63,302 nt of DNA, filler included, from Choristocarpus tenellus KU-1152 (GCA_964200185.2; 12 parts of 12 records of this genome joined end to end with filler, not necessarily neighbours in it), one strand, 5' to 3'. Shown: positions 1 through 13,595, counted from the first letter of the whole stretch. Notes: generated by a model from the sequence alone, not told the origin. Program-made: numbers and translations.

Positions 1-1291
1 ATCAGCCAAAAAAAAAAAGGTTTGACCGAAACAGATGCCCCCTCACAAACCACCCCCCTCAGATACTTTGACCTCTTGTCAAGAGATTAACGCAGCAATG
101 TCTGCTCTACAGATGTGCTCTGATTCTCTAGTGGTTTCAATCTGTCTCTTGCATACTGATTTTCATTGTTAGAGCTCTATAGTTCTTCTTGAGGGAATTT
201 GAACCCTGTTTTTGTTTGCAACACTTTTAATTCTCCCCCTTCTCTTAGAACAAGCTATTCATACACCGCTGACCTATAATCTCATTCTTGTTACGATATT
301 TTCTTTTTTGATTGCAGATGACGCTTGCTGCTAGACGAGGCAGAGAGACATGGGAGCAAGCTGTGCAAGCAGGTTATGAAGCACCGCACCTGGGGACCTG
401 TTCAAGCAGAGGTGAAAGGTGTGCCATCAAGAGTAAGAAGAGGGCTTTGTGTTCGTGTGTATTGAATTTTTTGCGGTTGCACACTATGTTCCTTGTGTTA
501 CCTTTTCTAAGCTTGCTGCTCTCTGTGCTGTTGGTGCTTGTTCCAGAAGGCGTTTAGAGTGTGTTGAGATTTTGAGGATGATATTCAGTGTTATTGCCAC
601 CATAGTGGAAATGAAAAGGATGAAAGGAGATGATATAAAACACCCATTCCAACCAATCAACTCCATACTACTGATGCAAGGCAAGACTATGCTCCCTTCA
701 CTCTTGTTAGCCACGAGAGGTTTCAGGAACTCCCCTCAGTAATGCAGCATGCCTTGAGAAGCATGTGGTCTTTTTTTAATGCCCGTCAAGGGGTCCAGTT
801 CGTTTTCCATGTACCTCAAACCAGTAGTGCTGGGTGCAAGGCCTGTTCTTGTGGGTTTGAGTAGTACTTTTTGGTTTACCTACTGCAAGGATTAGAGAGA
901 TAGTAGTAGCCGCAGTGGGCATCTTCCCCTTTGTCTCTACCATTTTCAACTTTTGATTTCCTACTCCATTTCATCCCCTCGACCCTTATTGGAGGCCTGC
1001 CTGCTTCATCCAACTTGCTGTGACTGCATAAGAGAGTTGTGACTTTTTCATGTCACTGCTCATTCTCTTGTCTGTCACCCTTACCCATTTTCCAACTGCC
1101 AACTTATTACCAAGCCACAAGTATGCCTGCTCAAGGACTGCAAGCTTTTCCCTCCCTCCTCCTCCCACCCCCCGAAGACTATGAACTTCCCAGATCTAAA
1201 CATTCCTGAGAACAACAGCTGCACTAAACTCTACCCCTCCCCTGACTCCCCACCCTCTCCCCAACTCCACTTCTGGCATTGGACAAGGACA

Positions 1292-4037
1292 GCCCAGTTG
1301 TTCGACTTTGCAAGATGCATGGATTGGAGGCCACCAAGTCAGCAGCAGGAAGGGATGGGCGAGTACCTGTTCTCCCCATTGTAATAGCAGAAGAGGCTAA
1401 CTGGAAAACAGGATGGCCATTGCCACCTGAACGGGCTCGTGCCAGTGGGGTGCTGGGGGTAATACCCCAACCCTCACATCTCCAGGTTTCCTCTAGTAGA
1501 CTTTTCTCGCCAGAGGAGGGATGGAAGCCGATAGCAAAATCAGCTGTTGCAGCAATTTCAAAATCGTCGTTGGGAGGGGGGGGAACAATGGTGGTAGAGG
1601 TGGATGCAATGTCATCAGGGAGGCCACAGTCCCTCCTACTTCCCTTGTATGTCGATCCAGAAGGAGATGAAGGTGAAAGGAAGAGTGTGAAAGAAAAGAT
1701 AATAGCAATGTTAGCAATGTTAAGGTTTGCTTGCTTTTATCTTGCTTCCAGGTCTACATCAGGGACTTCTCCCAGGACTTTGAGGATGGACACAATTGGA
1801 GGAGACCGACTTCCCCAAGGAATGCTTGGTATGGACCAGGCAATGTGGGGTTTGATGGCACTGAGGGAGGCGTGGAATGGTCGTGTTGCTGTGAGCATTC
1901 TCTCTGGTGCCATGAGGCCGTCTGTCATGAAGAACGAAAGAACCCGAAATTACGGAAGCCATGTGGCAGGTATGGGAGAGGAAGTGGTTTTGATAGATGC
2001 CAGAGCGGCTATACTATCCTCTGTGCTCACCTGGGCTCAGCAATGTAAACAAGATGAAGAGAGAGAGATAGAGGCCAGGGCCAGGGCCAAGGCTGAGGTT
2101 ATGGCCGCTAAGGCAAAAGCAGCAGAAGCCAGGGCAGCTGCGGCAGCTGCTTCGGCTACTGCTGCTGCTGCAGCAGCAGGAGGAGGAGGAGGAGGGGTAC
2201 ATGCTAAGCAGCATAGATCAAGTGTACCCAGTGGTGGAGGAGTCGGCATGAGGGAGGAAAGGAATGGGGACTCTCAGGATGTCACTGCCCATGTTGGCTC
2301 TGCAGAGGTTTGGGGGGGGAGTGGCTGGTTGAGGGGCGATGGGGAGAGAAATGGGATCAAAGGTGGGGAAGGAGTTGTTACTACAAGGCCTGATACTCAA
2401 CTTCTAGATGCGATGGGCCTCGTGGGTCAAACGCTTCGGAAAGTTCTTTCTCCAGGTTGGCTTCTACTTGGAGGCGTTGTGCGTCCCATTGGATCAGCTT
2501 GTGATTGGCTGGGCAGCAACTGGAGGAAAGGAGTGAGGGATGGAGGTGGTAACAGGACTGATGAGGACAAGGTTTTGCAGAAGGTGCTCGTTTACGACAC
2601 AGATGATGCTGGCTCTTTTTGGTATGTGAAAGAGCAGGTGAGATGTTTGAAGGGGAGGCTAAGAAATTGATCCCTGGTGAGTCATGATTACACTGCTTTA
2701 TGTAGGGGGCAAGCAGGAGAGGGTTATATACTCAAGCTTCCCCTGGACACCAAGAATGTAGCAATATAAGGCGGTGTGGTTCTTGGTGAAGGTGTTCCTC
2801 AAAGTCTACGTATGCAAGGGTAGGTGTTCTTTTTTGTGTGCACGTGCTTGTGTGTGATATTTTGGCCTCTTGAAGGATGTAATGATGTTAAGTCAAGGAC
2901 ACGAAAAACACGAGGTAGGGGGGCTCTGTCTGATTGGGCAAAAACCCTCTCCTTTTGCTTGTTAAGAAGAGATCCTGGAGCCTCTGGAGGTGTCAGAGAG
3001 TTCACATGCAAACAGGAGTCCCCGGAGAACAGCATTCGCTGTAGATGAGGTCTACAGTAAACCTCTCTGAACTCGCTTTACCTACAGATGGCATCCCAAG
3101 GGTGGACTGTGCTGCTCCCGCCGAGTGATTCACAGGGTCTGAATCAAGCAGTCGCAGGAGGAAAGGCGTCATCTTCTAATAGACCTGAGAGTACACTTGG
3201 TTCCCTCAATGGAGCAAGGCAGCAAACAACAATGTTGGTGGTAGGCAATGGGAGTTCCTATGGTGCTGGTGGCGATGCTGGTGCTTCACCTCCTGTCCTG
3301 GTGCACCGACACACAGATGAGGCCACCCTGAGGGTGGCTGCCCAGCATCTTGCCGGACCTGGTCAAGGTGCAACCCATGTAGTTGAACTGCAGGGATGAG
3401 AATTCATGACGACTTGTGTGAGTTTTTCTTCAAGGCGAACTATACAGTGTGAATTTTCCCTCTTGTGTGTGTTGTTCGATTGTCAGCTCCAGACTAAAAT
3501 TGCCCTTTCTGCCCCCAATGCCATATCCCGTTTCAACTGGATTTCCCTCTTTTCACAACAGCTCTACTGTGGACCCAATCACTCCCTTCTCTATCTCTGT
3601 TTACTCTGGCACTAGCCCTAGTCCATCAACTGGGATCGTGTGTTGTGTTGTTGAGTTCAAACAAGGACTATGTGAAGGGGTAAGCAGCTCTCAAAGGACA
3701 CCCTTTTTCCTCTCCCTCCTCTCCTGCGCTCGATTTTCGTAATCAACTGCTTGTGCAACCAGCTCCACCTGTGTGTGTGGTGGTTCACAACTGGAACTGC
3801 GGGAGAGAAGCCTATGGTCTTCTCATGAATGCGTCTAAGGCAAGAAGGGTTTTGGTTGGAAGGACAGTCATCAATGAGGGAGCAGAAAGTCAAAGGGAGG
3901 CAGGGGGTGTAGATCTACAAGAAGAGATGCAAGGATTGGGGCGTGTCCAACATGCTACACCTACCGTGGTTTGTACTTCAGAGGTTGGGGAGGATCTGCT
4001 TGAGTTTTCCAGGAGGTCAGTGTATACCCCCGGTTGA
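1292..4037 (+). CDS. 3' exons of a multi-exon hypothetical protein (approx. 1292-2637, 3088-3367, 3763-4037); 5' end uncertain
   Basis: 463-aa open frame with an Ala/Gly-rich insert. Splice sites GAGCAG|GTGAGA, cctacag|ATG, CAAG|GTGCAA and aaccag|CTCC are phase-compatible. No family recognised. Confidence 0.6.
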
Positions 4038-5676
4038 TCGAGCCCCCTTTTCATGTTCTGTGTGTCTGGCCTGGACTTGGACCCTCTCTTGGACATTCCT
4101 TTATGGTAAGATTTCAAATTCATTCGAACACCTTGAAGTTTGGAGTTGTTAATGTCCTCACTTTAGTCTGGGGACTTATTCTGACTCGTGGTCCGAGTCA
4201 CTACACACTGACTGCAATCACATCTCCTTTGTCACTGAGAGCCACCTTTCGTCAGTGCAGTTCCTAGATATTCAGGGAATATGGACACTACACACTGGTT
4301 GAACTGAGCAGTGAACATGCCCACCCTCTGGGAACAAACACACTACTATGTCTTGTTTGGATGTTTCGTTTTGTAAGCACCTTCATGAGTACTTCAAATT
4401 ACAAACCTACATCTATAGGGCTCTTCCTGTCGTCCTGATGATGCCCAGATTGACTATAGTAGTCCTTTGGGAGTACTTTGTGAGGAGCAAGACCCCACTA
4501 TTTCCACCGCTACACATAAGTACATACCTCCTACGCCCTCTGTTGTGCTGTCAGTGTCCAGAACATTCAAAACCACCAGGAGTTGAAGTAGTGTGTCATT
4601 TGGGCTTGTTGAGCAGTCATTGTGGCGGGGTCACTCATTGGCCGCAAGAAACTGTTCCATTCACCAAACCGTCTCACCATGTACATCCTGAGGTTAACTA
4701 TTTGTTTAATTAAGTGGGAGTCCACCCTTAATCACTGAACCAAGAGGACCCTTGAAGTACACGGTGTTGCAGATGATAGGGGGATATTTTTGCCTGCAAA
4801 TGGTTACAAATTTGAGGGGTAGGAGATATGGTACCAGGGGCATTATTTGCTTGAATAGATTAGTCTGAATCTTCTGAGTGAGGGTTTCTTGATTGTGATT
4901 GTGTTCCCTAGGTGTCTCCTGTTACCCTCCTCTTGATGCCCATATTTAAAACTCACACCTGTCCATGTTCTCTCTCTCTTTTTTTTGAAGCATGTGGTAG
5001 GAAGTGAGTGGTGAAAAGTGTAGAAGATACAAACATGTCTAACATTGAGATTGACATGTGAACAAACAAGATGCCATGATCACATCATAATAGCAAGCTC
5101 CCCAGGCATACACCCCCTTTACCTCAACGGACTAATGAAAATGCATCCCTCAACCTGACAGGAAGCTTCAGGGTGGTGCAACAGCTGTTGAAGTCCAGGA
5201 GGAACTGGACAAGCACATTGGACGTTTTTATTAATGTCATTGTAAAGATGTGCATATATGCACACAAGACCCGTGTTTGCTAGTTGGCTCATAGGAGCTG
5301 GACTGAGGGAAGTCAGCGAAGCTCAGGGTATCATGCGATGTAGTACTACATTTCATTTCTACCTCTCTTGTCCTTTAGATACAACTTTCTTTACGTGAGC
5401 TGATTTAATATTCCCAACCACGTCAACAATGTGGTCAGGCCATCCATGATGGTTGTACAATCTTGTCAGTATTTCACTAACAAACTTCATAGTAGCAGTA
5501 AGGAAATGTCAATGAATAAATAGCAGGGCTTTCTTTGTTGCTTGGACAATGGGACCTTGCTCTAGACTTCTCTTTGTTGTGTCACACAAAGGAGTCCCAC
5601 AAATACCAAATAATGGAAACATTTCCCCCCCCCCCCCAATCCAACATCACAGGCACGATGTTTCCGGTTCGCTAAA

Positions 5677-5776
5677 NNNNNNNNNNNNNNNNNNNNNNNN
5701 NNNNNNNNNNNNNNNNNNNNTTAATTAATTAANNNNNNNNNNNNNNNNNNNNNNNNNNNNNNNNNNNNNNNNNNNN
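5677..5776. other. Artificial contig linker N44-TTAATTAATTAA-N44 (also at 9763-9862, 15411-15510, 23664-23763, 27602-27701, 35909-36008, 38660-38759, 42452-42551, 51673-51772, 56197-56296, 60687-60786)
   Basis: An identical 100-nt spacer occurs 11 times and carries stops in all six frames. Adjacent contigs are not necessarily neighbours in the genome. Confidence 0.98.
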
Positions 5777-6340
5777 CCCCCCCTCCCCCCCCCCCCCCCT
5801 TGCGGCCCCCCCCCCCCCCCCCCCCCCCAGATACTTTGAGCCTGAAGAAGGTGCACCTGTTCAAAGGTTGTCCACTATAGCTCTATAGAGCTAGAGAAGA
5901 GTTTAGGCAAGGAAGTTGGGAGCAAGCCTGTCCAAAGAATAAAAACTTGAGCATAGAGGAGGGGATTCAGCGGCAGAGTACTTGCACTCCTGGAAGGTTT
6001 TGTTGTTCACATTTACAACAAGGGCTGGCTCTTTTTTCCTTTTTTCTTTTTTTGTCTGAACTGTATCTCGCAAATTGTTGTTCGCATTGAGTATACGTTC
6101 AGGATGGCCATAGATCCCATCATCTCTCCCATCTTCCTGCCTCTGGGAAAGGACTGTTTCACATTGCAAGAAGTGCGTCGAATCCGTGAGTTCTGCTTTG
6201 GCACTACATAGGCTGTGCAGGCCTTCAAGTCACTGTAATTCTACTTAGTTGCCACCCCTGCTTAGGAGACACCCCTCTTCACGTTCTTGGGAGTTTTTTC
6301 ACAACTTAAGGGCTAGGACTACGGTAGGATTGGTGTAGGA

Positions 6341-6601
6341 GAGTGAAAGTATCTTAGAGTGTATGAGTTTTTCCCTGTTTGTCCATTTGGGACTTGGCTC
6401 CCCATGATTTTTTTTAAGACATTTACCTACACCGAAATGTGTCGGAGTAGGTAAAATGTGTACGTTATGAAAAAGTGTGTCTGGAATAAGGATATTGACT
6501 CTTCCTAACAAACACGATAGTCAAAAATTACACCAAAATCTGAACATCGGATTTTGGCCCCCCAAACGGACGCGGTCCTACCCTCTAAGGTACTTTGACT
6601 C
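6341..6601. mobile_element. MITE family 1 (~260 bp), complete, TSD AGGA
   Basis: Terminal inverted repeats (TIRs) GAGTGAAAGTATCTTAGAG...CTCTAAGGTACTTTGACTC, with AGGA on both sides. Confidence 0.92.
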
Positions 6602-7078
6602 AGGAGTTAGGGGTAGAGTTGCGCAAATGTCCAGGAGGTGTCTCCAAAGTATAGAGGGCACAGCTCTACCTTAACGTAACTACTGGCATAACCCTAACCG
6701 TAACACTATCCCTTAAGTTCTGGAAGTTTTTTACAAATGTTAGGAAAAAAATCTCAAAAAAAAAATTCATTCATCAAAAAGACGGGTGTGGTATCACCTA
6801 GGTGTGGAATGATGACTAAAGCACTACACCATACCGAGACTTACCACGTAGAAAAAACAAAATGAAAAAACAAACACACTAGGGTTAGGGAAAAAACTGT
6901 GCCAGATTCGCCAATTTTAATTGCACGCTACAGTTGTACGTGATGCAGCACAACATGGAGTGAGCGAGTATAGGATGCACTTCACGCAATGAAACAACTT
7001 CTTCACCACTTCAATAACAAACAAGCTTAGGCCAGCTCGAAGGGTGGGAAGGAAATGAGCAGTCCAAATTCATCTCAC

Positions 7079-8208
7079 CTGTCCCACTGATTAACTCGTA
7101 CGCAAGTGTCGATGGCAGCCTTGGGGTCCCCTTGGCGGAGCAGTGCCCTCACTGCATCTTCTCCTAGCCCAACCGACTCAAACATGGTTCCAATCTCGGC
7201 CAGCTGGGGAGATCCAGCGGGCAGATCGTCCACCATGTCGCTCAAATGCATATACTCCTCGAGCCTGTTGCATGCCGGATCGTATTTTAACTGATTCGAT
7301 GAGTTGCCCGTCGTATTCAAGCTTGTGAGACACTTCCAATCTTCTTATGTGGGCATATGACGCTGCCATCTACTGGCACGCTCTACACTCTTCCAGTGGC
7401 CTCTACAAGTGAGCAATGAAAGGCAACAAAAGCGTGTTGCCCTACAAATGCAAACAACCCTAAGCCCTGAAACCTAAACCCCAACCCTAAGTACGAGCTT
7501 CAAATAAACTTGCACATGCAGTAGACTTTCACAAAGCTAATGCCTCCCTGCAAGTTCAGATAATTTGTATGGGAGATTGAGTCAAAGCGTTTTAGAGGGT
7601 ACAGCCGTGTCCATTTGGGAGGCAAAATGCAATGTTGCGATTTTTGATGTAATTTCGGGTATCGTGTTTGTGGGTAAGTGTCGATATCCTTGTTCTGGAC
7701 ACACCTTTTCATAGTTGTATACATGAGACCTACTCCAAAATGTAAACATTTTATCAATTCCGAAACGTTTCGGGGTAGGTAAAAAATGTCATTAAAAAAA
7801 AACGGTGGGGAGCCAAGCCCCAAATTGACAAACAGGGCCAAACTCGTACCCTAACCCTAAGATACTTTCACTAATTGTGAAGTAAATGGAAGTCGCACTC
7901 AGTACTATGCATGTCTTCGAAACGTTTCTTACAATTTTCTGAGGTAGCACTGTAGTATCAAGGTTGTTGCCTAGAACCTACTCCTTGGAAAGACCACATG
8001 CATGAAAAACGTTAGACAAGCAATACCCTCCTCAATCCTAACCAAGACACACACACATGTAGAAGCAGTAAGCCATCTTGGGCATATCCTTGGACTGCTT
8101 GTAGTATTGCACAGCCTTGACCCAGTTGCCTTTCTCAAGGTAGAAGTCACCCACCTGTCCCCAAGCAAAAGACAGCTGTTCATCGTTTCCCCCACCCTGC
8201 TTCATAAG
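7079..8208 (-). CDS. WDR35: WDR35/IFT121 (IFT-A subunit), two internal exons: 8208-8057 and 7264-7079
   Basis: The spliced peptide LMKQGGGNDEQLSFAWGQVGDFYLEKGNWVKAVQYYKQSKDMPKMAYCFYM|LEEYMHLSDMVDDLPAGSPQLAEIGTMFESVGLGEDAVRALLRQGDPKAAIDTCVRVNQWD resembles the WDR35 C-terminal TPR region. GT-AG sites are in phase. Confidence 0.88.
7579..7873. mobile_element. MITE family 1 copy in a WDR35 intron, with its central palindrome partly duplicated
   Basis: GAGTCAAAGCGTTTTAGAGGG...GATACTTTCACT. The TSD is degenerate (GATT/AATT). Confidence 0.88.
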
Positions 8209-8248
8209 CTAATAAGGAGTGTGCAGAGAGAAGAAATTTGATAGCAAA

Positions 8249-8507
8249 GAGTCAAGGCATCTTAGAGGGTAGAGCCGCGTCCATTTGGGGTCCAAAATCA
8301 AAGGCAGATATTTTGATGTAATTTTGGCTATCGTGTTTGTTAGGAGATGTCAATATCCTTGTTCCGGACACAACTTTTCATAACGCATACAGTTTGCCAA
8401 CTCCAAACCGTATCGAATTAGGTAATGTGTCATTAAAAACCCGTGGGAAGCCAAGCCTCAAATGGACAAACAGGAAAAAACTCGTACCCTTTAAGATACT
8501 TTCACTC
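8249..8507. mobile_element. MITE family 1 copy in a WDR35 intron
   Basis: GAGTCAAGGCATCTTAGAGGG...AAGATACTTTCACTC. Confidence 0.9.
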
Positions 8508-8905
8508 AAAGTTAATCGGCAGCCATAGAGTAAAAAGGGGCAGTTGCTAAGAATGAATATCATTGGTTCCATTTTTACGTACTTGTCATTCGAATGGAGG
8601 ATATCTTTCCATCCTCACAATATTCCACATCCCTTAATCCAGGCACGACATTTGAAAAACAAACTGGGGAACGTATTGAGCCTAGAACCTGAACCCAGAT
8701 GGAACAAAAGGGTGTACAGGATATTAATTGCTTCATGCGAAATTGCAGTATTAGTACTACTCTTGAAAAATGAGAAACAGCACTGTGATCCAGGAGTGGC
8801 AAGTAAGTAATGGTAGAAATTGTGGTATTTTTTAGCCATGGATACAAATACCAGTTTGGTCTTAGACCCAATGTGTATGCTATGATCCTCCTGATAAACA
8901 CACAG

Positions 8906-8940
<35 letters not shown>

Positions 8941-10007
8941 AGGGCGTGTGAATCTTGTTTGAATAGATCTTGCTCCCGCCTGCAGAGATTTATTTTCATA
9001 CAAAACTGTGAAAGGATGATAAATCATGTTTGCGGTGGTGGAGTGAAGTAGACGTTCGACTATCACAACTGAAATTTCTAGATTGAGGCCACCTCGTCCG
9101 CGAAAAAACGTTAGAGTCAGATGGTGATTGCTCTTCTGCCGTGAGCTCTCTGAGGGGCAGAGAGCACGCTTTGACTTACTACCAACCACTCCCACCCATT
9201 GATTGATGTATTAGACTCAATAGTGCCAAGTTCTTCGTACTACTGGACATAGCAATTCTCGCTTCCTCCCTGAAGGCCAAATGCATATTCCGCACTATGT
9301 GCTCTACTTTAGTACTTTGGAGTACATAGTACCAAGCATAGCGCATTAACCTTTCAGTGAGCACCTCACACCATTCTCCAGGGTCAGTAGCTACAGTTGC
9401 AAGCACTTCAATCCTTGAGACACATATCTCGTGAGTGAGAGACTCTTTCAAACCCTTACAAGATTGATGAAAGGTGTTTTCATGACCCCTCCCAGGTAGG
9501 ATATTGAACGAGGAGTCCCTGCAACAGTGGTATTTTCTTAGGGGTTGCAGAGGTTTTCCCTTCAGGTCTATAAAAGCTAAGCTAAAAGAGAAGGTAGACT
9601 CTCCTCTATTAAGGGCACTACTTGTCGATACCAGTTGTTTAGCACTTTTTATCGGTTACTCGTGGCTCAAAGTACCTGGGGGAGGGGGGGGGGGGGGGGG
9701 GGGGGGGGCGTCTTTTTTTGGGCAATTTTTTTTTTTTAAAATTTTTGGGGGTTTGTTTGGATNNNNNNNNNNNNNNNNNNNNNNNNNNNNNNNNNNNNNN
9801 NNNNNNTTAATTAATTAANNNNNNNNNNNNNNNNNNNNNNNNNNNNNNNNNNNNNNNNNNNNCCTACTTGCATACCTTGGAGGTCATTAAGGAAGGGAGG
9901 GGGGGGTGGAGTGGGGGCACCAGGGGCGGAAGAATAGGGCTTTTTGTTTGATTTCTTGAGGAAAGCTCGATGTGTGATCACTGCCATGTCTTTCAGAAGG
10001 AGAGCAT

Positions 10008-10175
10008 TACAGTATAGCATAGTTCAGTATAGTACAGTATTGTATAGTATAATTCAGTACAATATAGAATAGTACAGTATAGTTCAGTATAGTAGGTATA
10101 ATACAGTACAATACAGTAGAGTATAGTTCAGTATAGTATAGTATAGTATAGTACATTATAGTACAATATAGTAGG
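10008..10175. repeat. Degenerate (AGTAT/AGTAC)n pentamer microsatellite
   Basis: Directly visible. Confidence 0.9.
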
Positions 10176-10868
10176 TAAAAAAAAAGTACAAAAATTATAT
10201 ATTATATATCTTATTTCTGTGAAAATGTTTCCATTCATAGAGAAATCAACACTATCAAGTTGATTTTAGCGCTTCATCCATAGAAGTAAGGGTGAATGTA
10301 GCACAAGATGAAAAGAGTAGCTTAAAAACTAAAACGGCCGAAACCTGGATACCCTCAGTACTTTAGCTTCCACCTGTTTCAAGACTATTTTTGTTGTTCT
10401 GGTAGATTTTACATGCAAATACAAATTATATATTTCTTGTACCACTATGCCATATCTGTCCTAAAACTTGGACTGTTAAGACCGTTGAATTGGAATAGTG
10501 CAATACTTCTCTTGTTTCTTCCGTCAATACAATCTCCCATGCTACCATACTTTGCTGCCATACTACGGAGCAAGGTCACACAACTCCCTCTTCACTTCTT
10601 TACTCAAGGTTTTCCAAAAATGGGTCTTGCTTCAGTGCTGCCTACACTGTGACGTATATACCATACGTGATGTTGAGTTGTGGGAGACCTTCCGATGCAT
10701 TGCTGCTGCTCAACTGTTTCGCCCCTCACTGTTTCCTCATACATAAAAATAATATATATATATATATATGGTGGTAATGGAGATATAACACTTGTCTGCC
10801 GCTCTTCTAAGCATTAATAAGAAGTGGTGGTGATGTGAGAAATAAGGTGAGGCCGAATAATGGATCAC

Positions 10869-13595
10869 CTGAGAGATGTCATGGTCTGGTGGAAGAAGGC
10901 AGGGGCGGCCCTGATTGCACACACCATGAGTGTCTTGCAGTTGCCTCCTAGTGAATCCTTCAGCAGGTATGTCAGCTTTGAGTTTCGATAAGGAATGAAA
11001 GGCCGTTCCATTGAGGTTGGGGGTGGTGGTAGGACTGATTCTCCGCCCAAGTCTGCTTCCATCTTTTCCCTTGCCACCTTCGTGGCCATTGCCTTGGTTG
11101 CTGCCCTGTGATACTTGGAAAGGGCATTGAGTACATCCCCAAGGAGAGATAGGGACAGGTTGATGTTCTGAGCTTCTGCTAGCGACCTGCCTTCAGCACC
11201 AGACATGGTCACTCGCTCGGATCCTGCAAGATCAATCACCTTTGATCGCGGTAAGGGGAGGCGGGATTGGAAGTTGATTAAGGTAAAGGGCATGATAAAA
11301 AAAGAGTACAGGGCTATCTATTGATGGTGATGAGCATGACAGTTACTGCTAGTGCAGTAAGGTTCTACTTGCAACCCATCGAGACAGATCAGTAAACTTC
11401 TCCCTTTTCAATGACCGTTCATCCTCTGGTCAGCCGCTTCTCACACTTGCATCTCCAATCCTCACCTGAGTGAAAGTATCTTAGAGGGTATGGATTTTGC
11501 CCTGTTTGTCCATTTGGGGTTTGACTTTCCATATTTTTTTTAATGACATTTTCCTACTCCAAAATGTTTTGAGTAGGTAAAATGTATTCGTTATGAAAGG
11601 TGTGTCCGGAACATGGGTATTGACACTTCCTGGCAAACACGATAGCCAAAATTACACCAAAATCGCAACATTGGATTTTGCCTCCCAAATGGACACGGCT
11701 CTACCCTCTAAGATACTATGGCTCACCTGCAGTTTTCCAATGCTTACATACTCTGCCATTGAAGTCCTCCGCTGGTATCCTGATGTCAACCTATCAGTTG
11801 TGACTCCAAGTCCTACCCCTGCTCGCGCCCCTGAACCCAACCCAGTCCCCACGCCTGTCTTCATATCCAGGGTGCACTCTTCGTTGGCTTCAATCTCCAG
11901 AATGAGAATGGCATGACTCCGGCTGCTGCGGTCATTAAGGCTAGTTGCAGCTGTTGTCCTTGCCTGTATCCCTTGTTCAATCAGCTTCATCACTGCCGCA
12001 GCTGATGTGACTGGGACCCTAAGTCCACCACCCTCAACCCTGCTGCCAGTCTTGTTCCTTCCACCTTCCCCTCCGCCCTCAGCAAGGAACACTCCCCTGG
12101 ACGGATGTTCTCGAACCTCTATTTTGCTGGTGTGACGTGCGGGTGCCATTTCTCTTTCTGATTTGCCCCTGTGATGCTTGGCACCCTTATCAAAGGGTTT
12201 GGCATATCATGGGAGTCAAATACAGCAAAAGGATGAAACGAGAAAGGTGATAGGGTGATAGGCTAACCCTCCTTGACTAGTGCTGTCTTTGAGTCAATGT
12301 TAATGTGTACAAAATATGTGCAACTCTGTAAGGTATTTTATGCATCCACAAGGCAGTCGAGATTTCTGCTATTCTTTCTGTGTTGGCTATATGCACTGGT
12401 AACAGAGATTGTAAGTATTTCATCTTAACTGTGTGCTGTATGTAAATGAGGTCTCACTTTATGATGTCAGGACAATGACAAATACGATGTATTGGCAGTC
12501 CACACGCACCCGTTTGGCAGAGGAGGAATCCCCACTCTCACTTGTTCTCTCTCCACCGCCACCACCACTTCCATCACTGTTTTTGCTGTTGGTTTGACCC
12601 CGTCCTTCACGTGATTGTATTTTACTTTTTTCAAGCAGGTTGTAAAACTTGTTGTTGTAGATTTCAACATACCTTCAACATTGGGAAGGAAGAGGTGAAA
12701 TGTTGCAGGAATAAATAGGTGGTGCTCTTTATCCAGGAGGTATAGGGTGAGGAGATGTATGCCCATTCATTGCCTCTTTGATGTGGAGGGTGGACCTAAA
12801 CTAGTATTAGGTGAGACATACTTATGCCCTTTCGGACGATAGAATCGGCTGAAGCCAGGTTGACCAGGGATAACTTGATGCTATGAGTGTGACCGACTCT
12901 TCTCACATAATTTTCTCCAAGCCATGTTCCATTGTTACATATTTATAAATACCTTACCTTTCAAAGTCGAACTCACGTGAGGAAGACCATGAAGGCCCTA
13001 TCTGATCCTGACGCAGCATCGACTGCCAGGCGTTCGAATAGGAGACTCACGGCTTGAGGTATTATCCCAGGCTGTGTATCTGCACCGCTAATTGTATGGG
13101 TTTTTCCAGCACCAGTGCTACCATAACCAAAAACGGTAGTGGTATATCCTGCCAGTGAAATGCACGGGAATTTTTATTCGAGCTGGGTTTGTTCGAGAGA
13201 GGGTGGCGAGAGGGAGAGTTGGTGAACATTGTTAGCCAACCCACCTCCAGCACGGCTTGGAATACTCTCGCAGAGTGACGAGCAAGGTCTCGAATCCTTT
13301 CAGTCGACTCATGAACACAACAATATAGCATGTCGTACTTACCCTCTACCGCAGCATGCACAAGTGGCTTGACTTGTTCAAACACCTCGGCCTGACTTGC
13401 ATCTGTGCCGAAGACTTTGTCGAAGGTAAAATCATGGGCATTATTTCCCTCGACCGAATGACTAGCTGGGGGTAATGGATCGACTATAGTCAGCTTGGTG
13501 TCTTCGACAGATAGTATGCATGACCCAGAAAGGTCTTGCTTGTCAGTGTTCTCCTCCTGAGGTCGAAGTCTAACAATGACCTTGACGGACTCCAT
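10869..13595 (-). CDS. Kinesin motor-domain protein, 5' part (exons 13595-13343, 13148-12977, 12672-12510, 12185-11727, 11239-10869)
   Basis: Motifs [17 protein letters not shown]-loop [17 protein letters not shown], switch I NDRSSRSH, switch II DLAGSER and [22 protein letters not shown]. All introns are GT-AG and in phase. Confidence 0.95.
11468..11724. mobile_element. MITE family 1 copy inserted exactly at a kinesin splice donor, TSD ACCT (AGGT on the gene strand)
   Basis: ACCT|GAGTGAAAGTATCTTAGAGGG...CCTCTAAGATACTATGGCTC|ACCT. Confidence 0.93.

Noticed and set aside
4348-4713. DIRS-like RT remnant (TYIYRALP...ISTYLL); a similar hint at 43300-43830 (LFPFGL)
   Set aside because: There is only faint motif resemblance, which cannot be supported without a profile search.
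5721-5732. Recurrent TTAATTAATTAA palindrome and ORFs ending in ...LIN
   Set aside because: This is the artificial linker between contigs.
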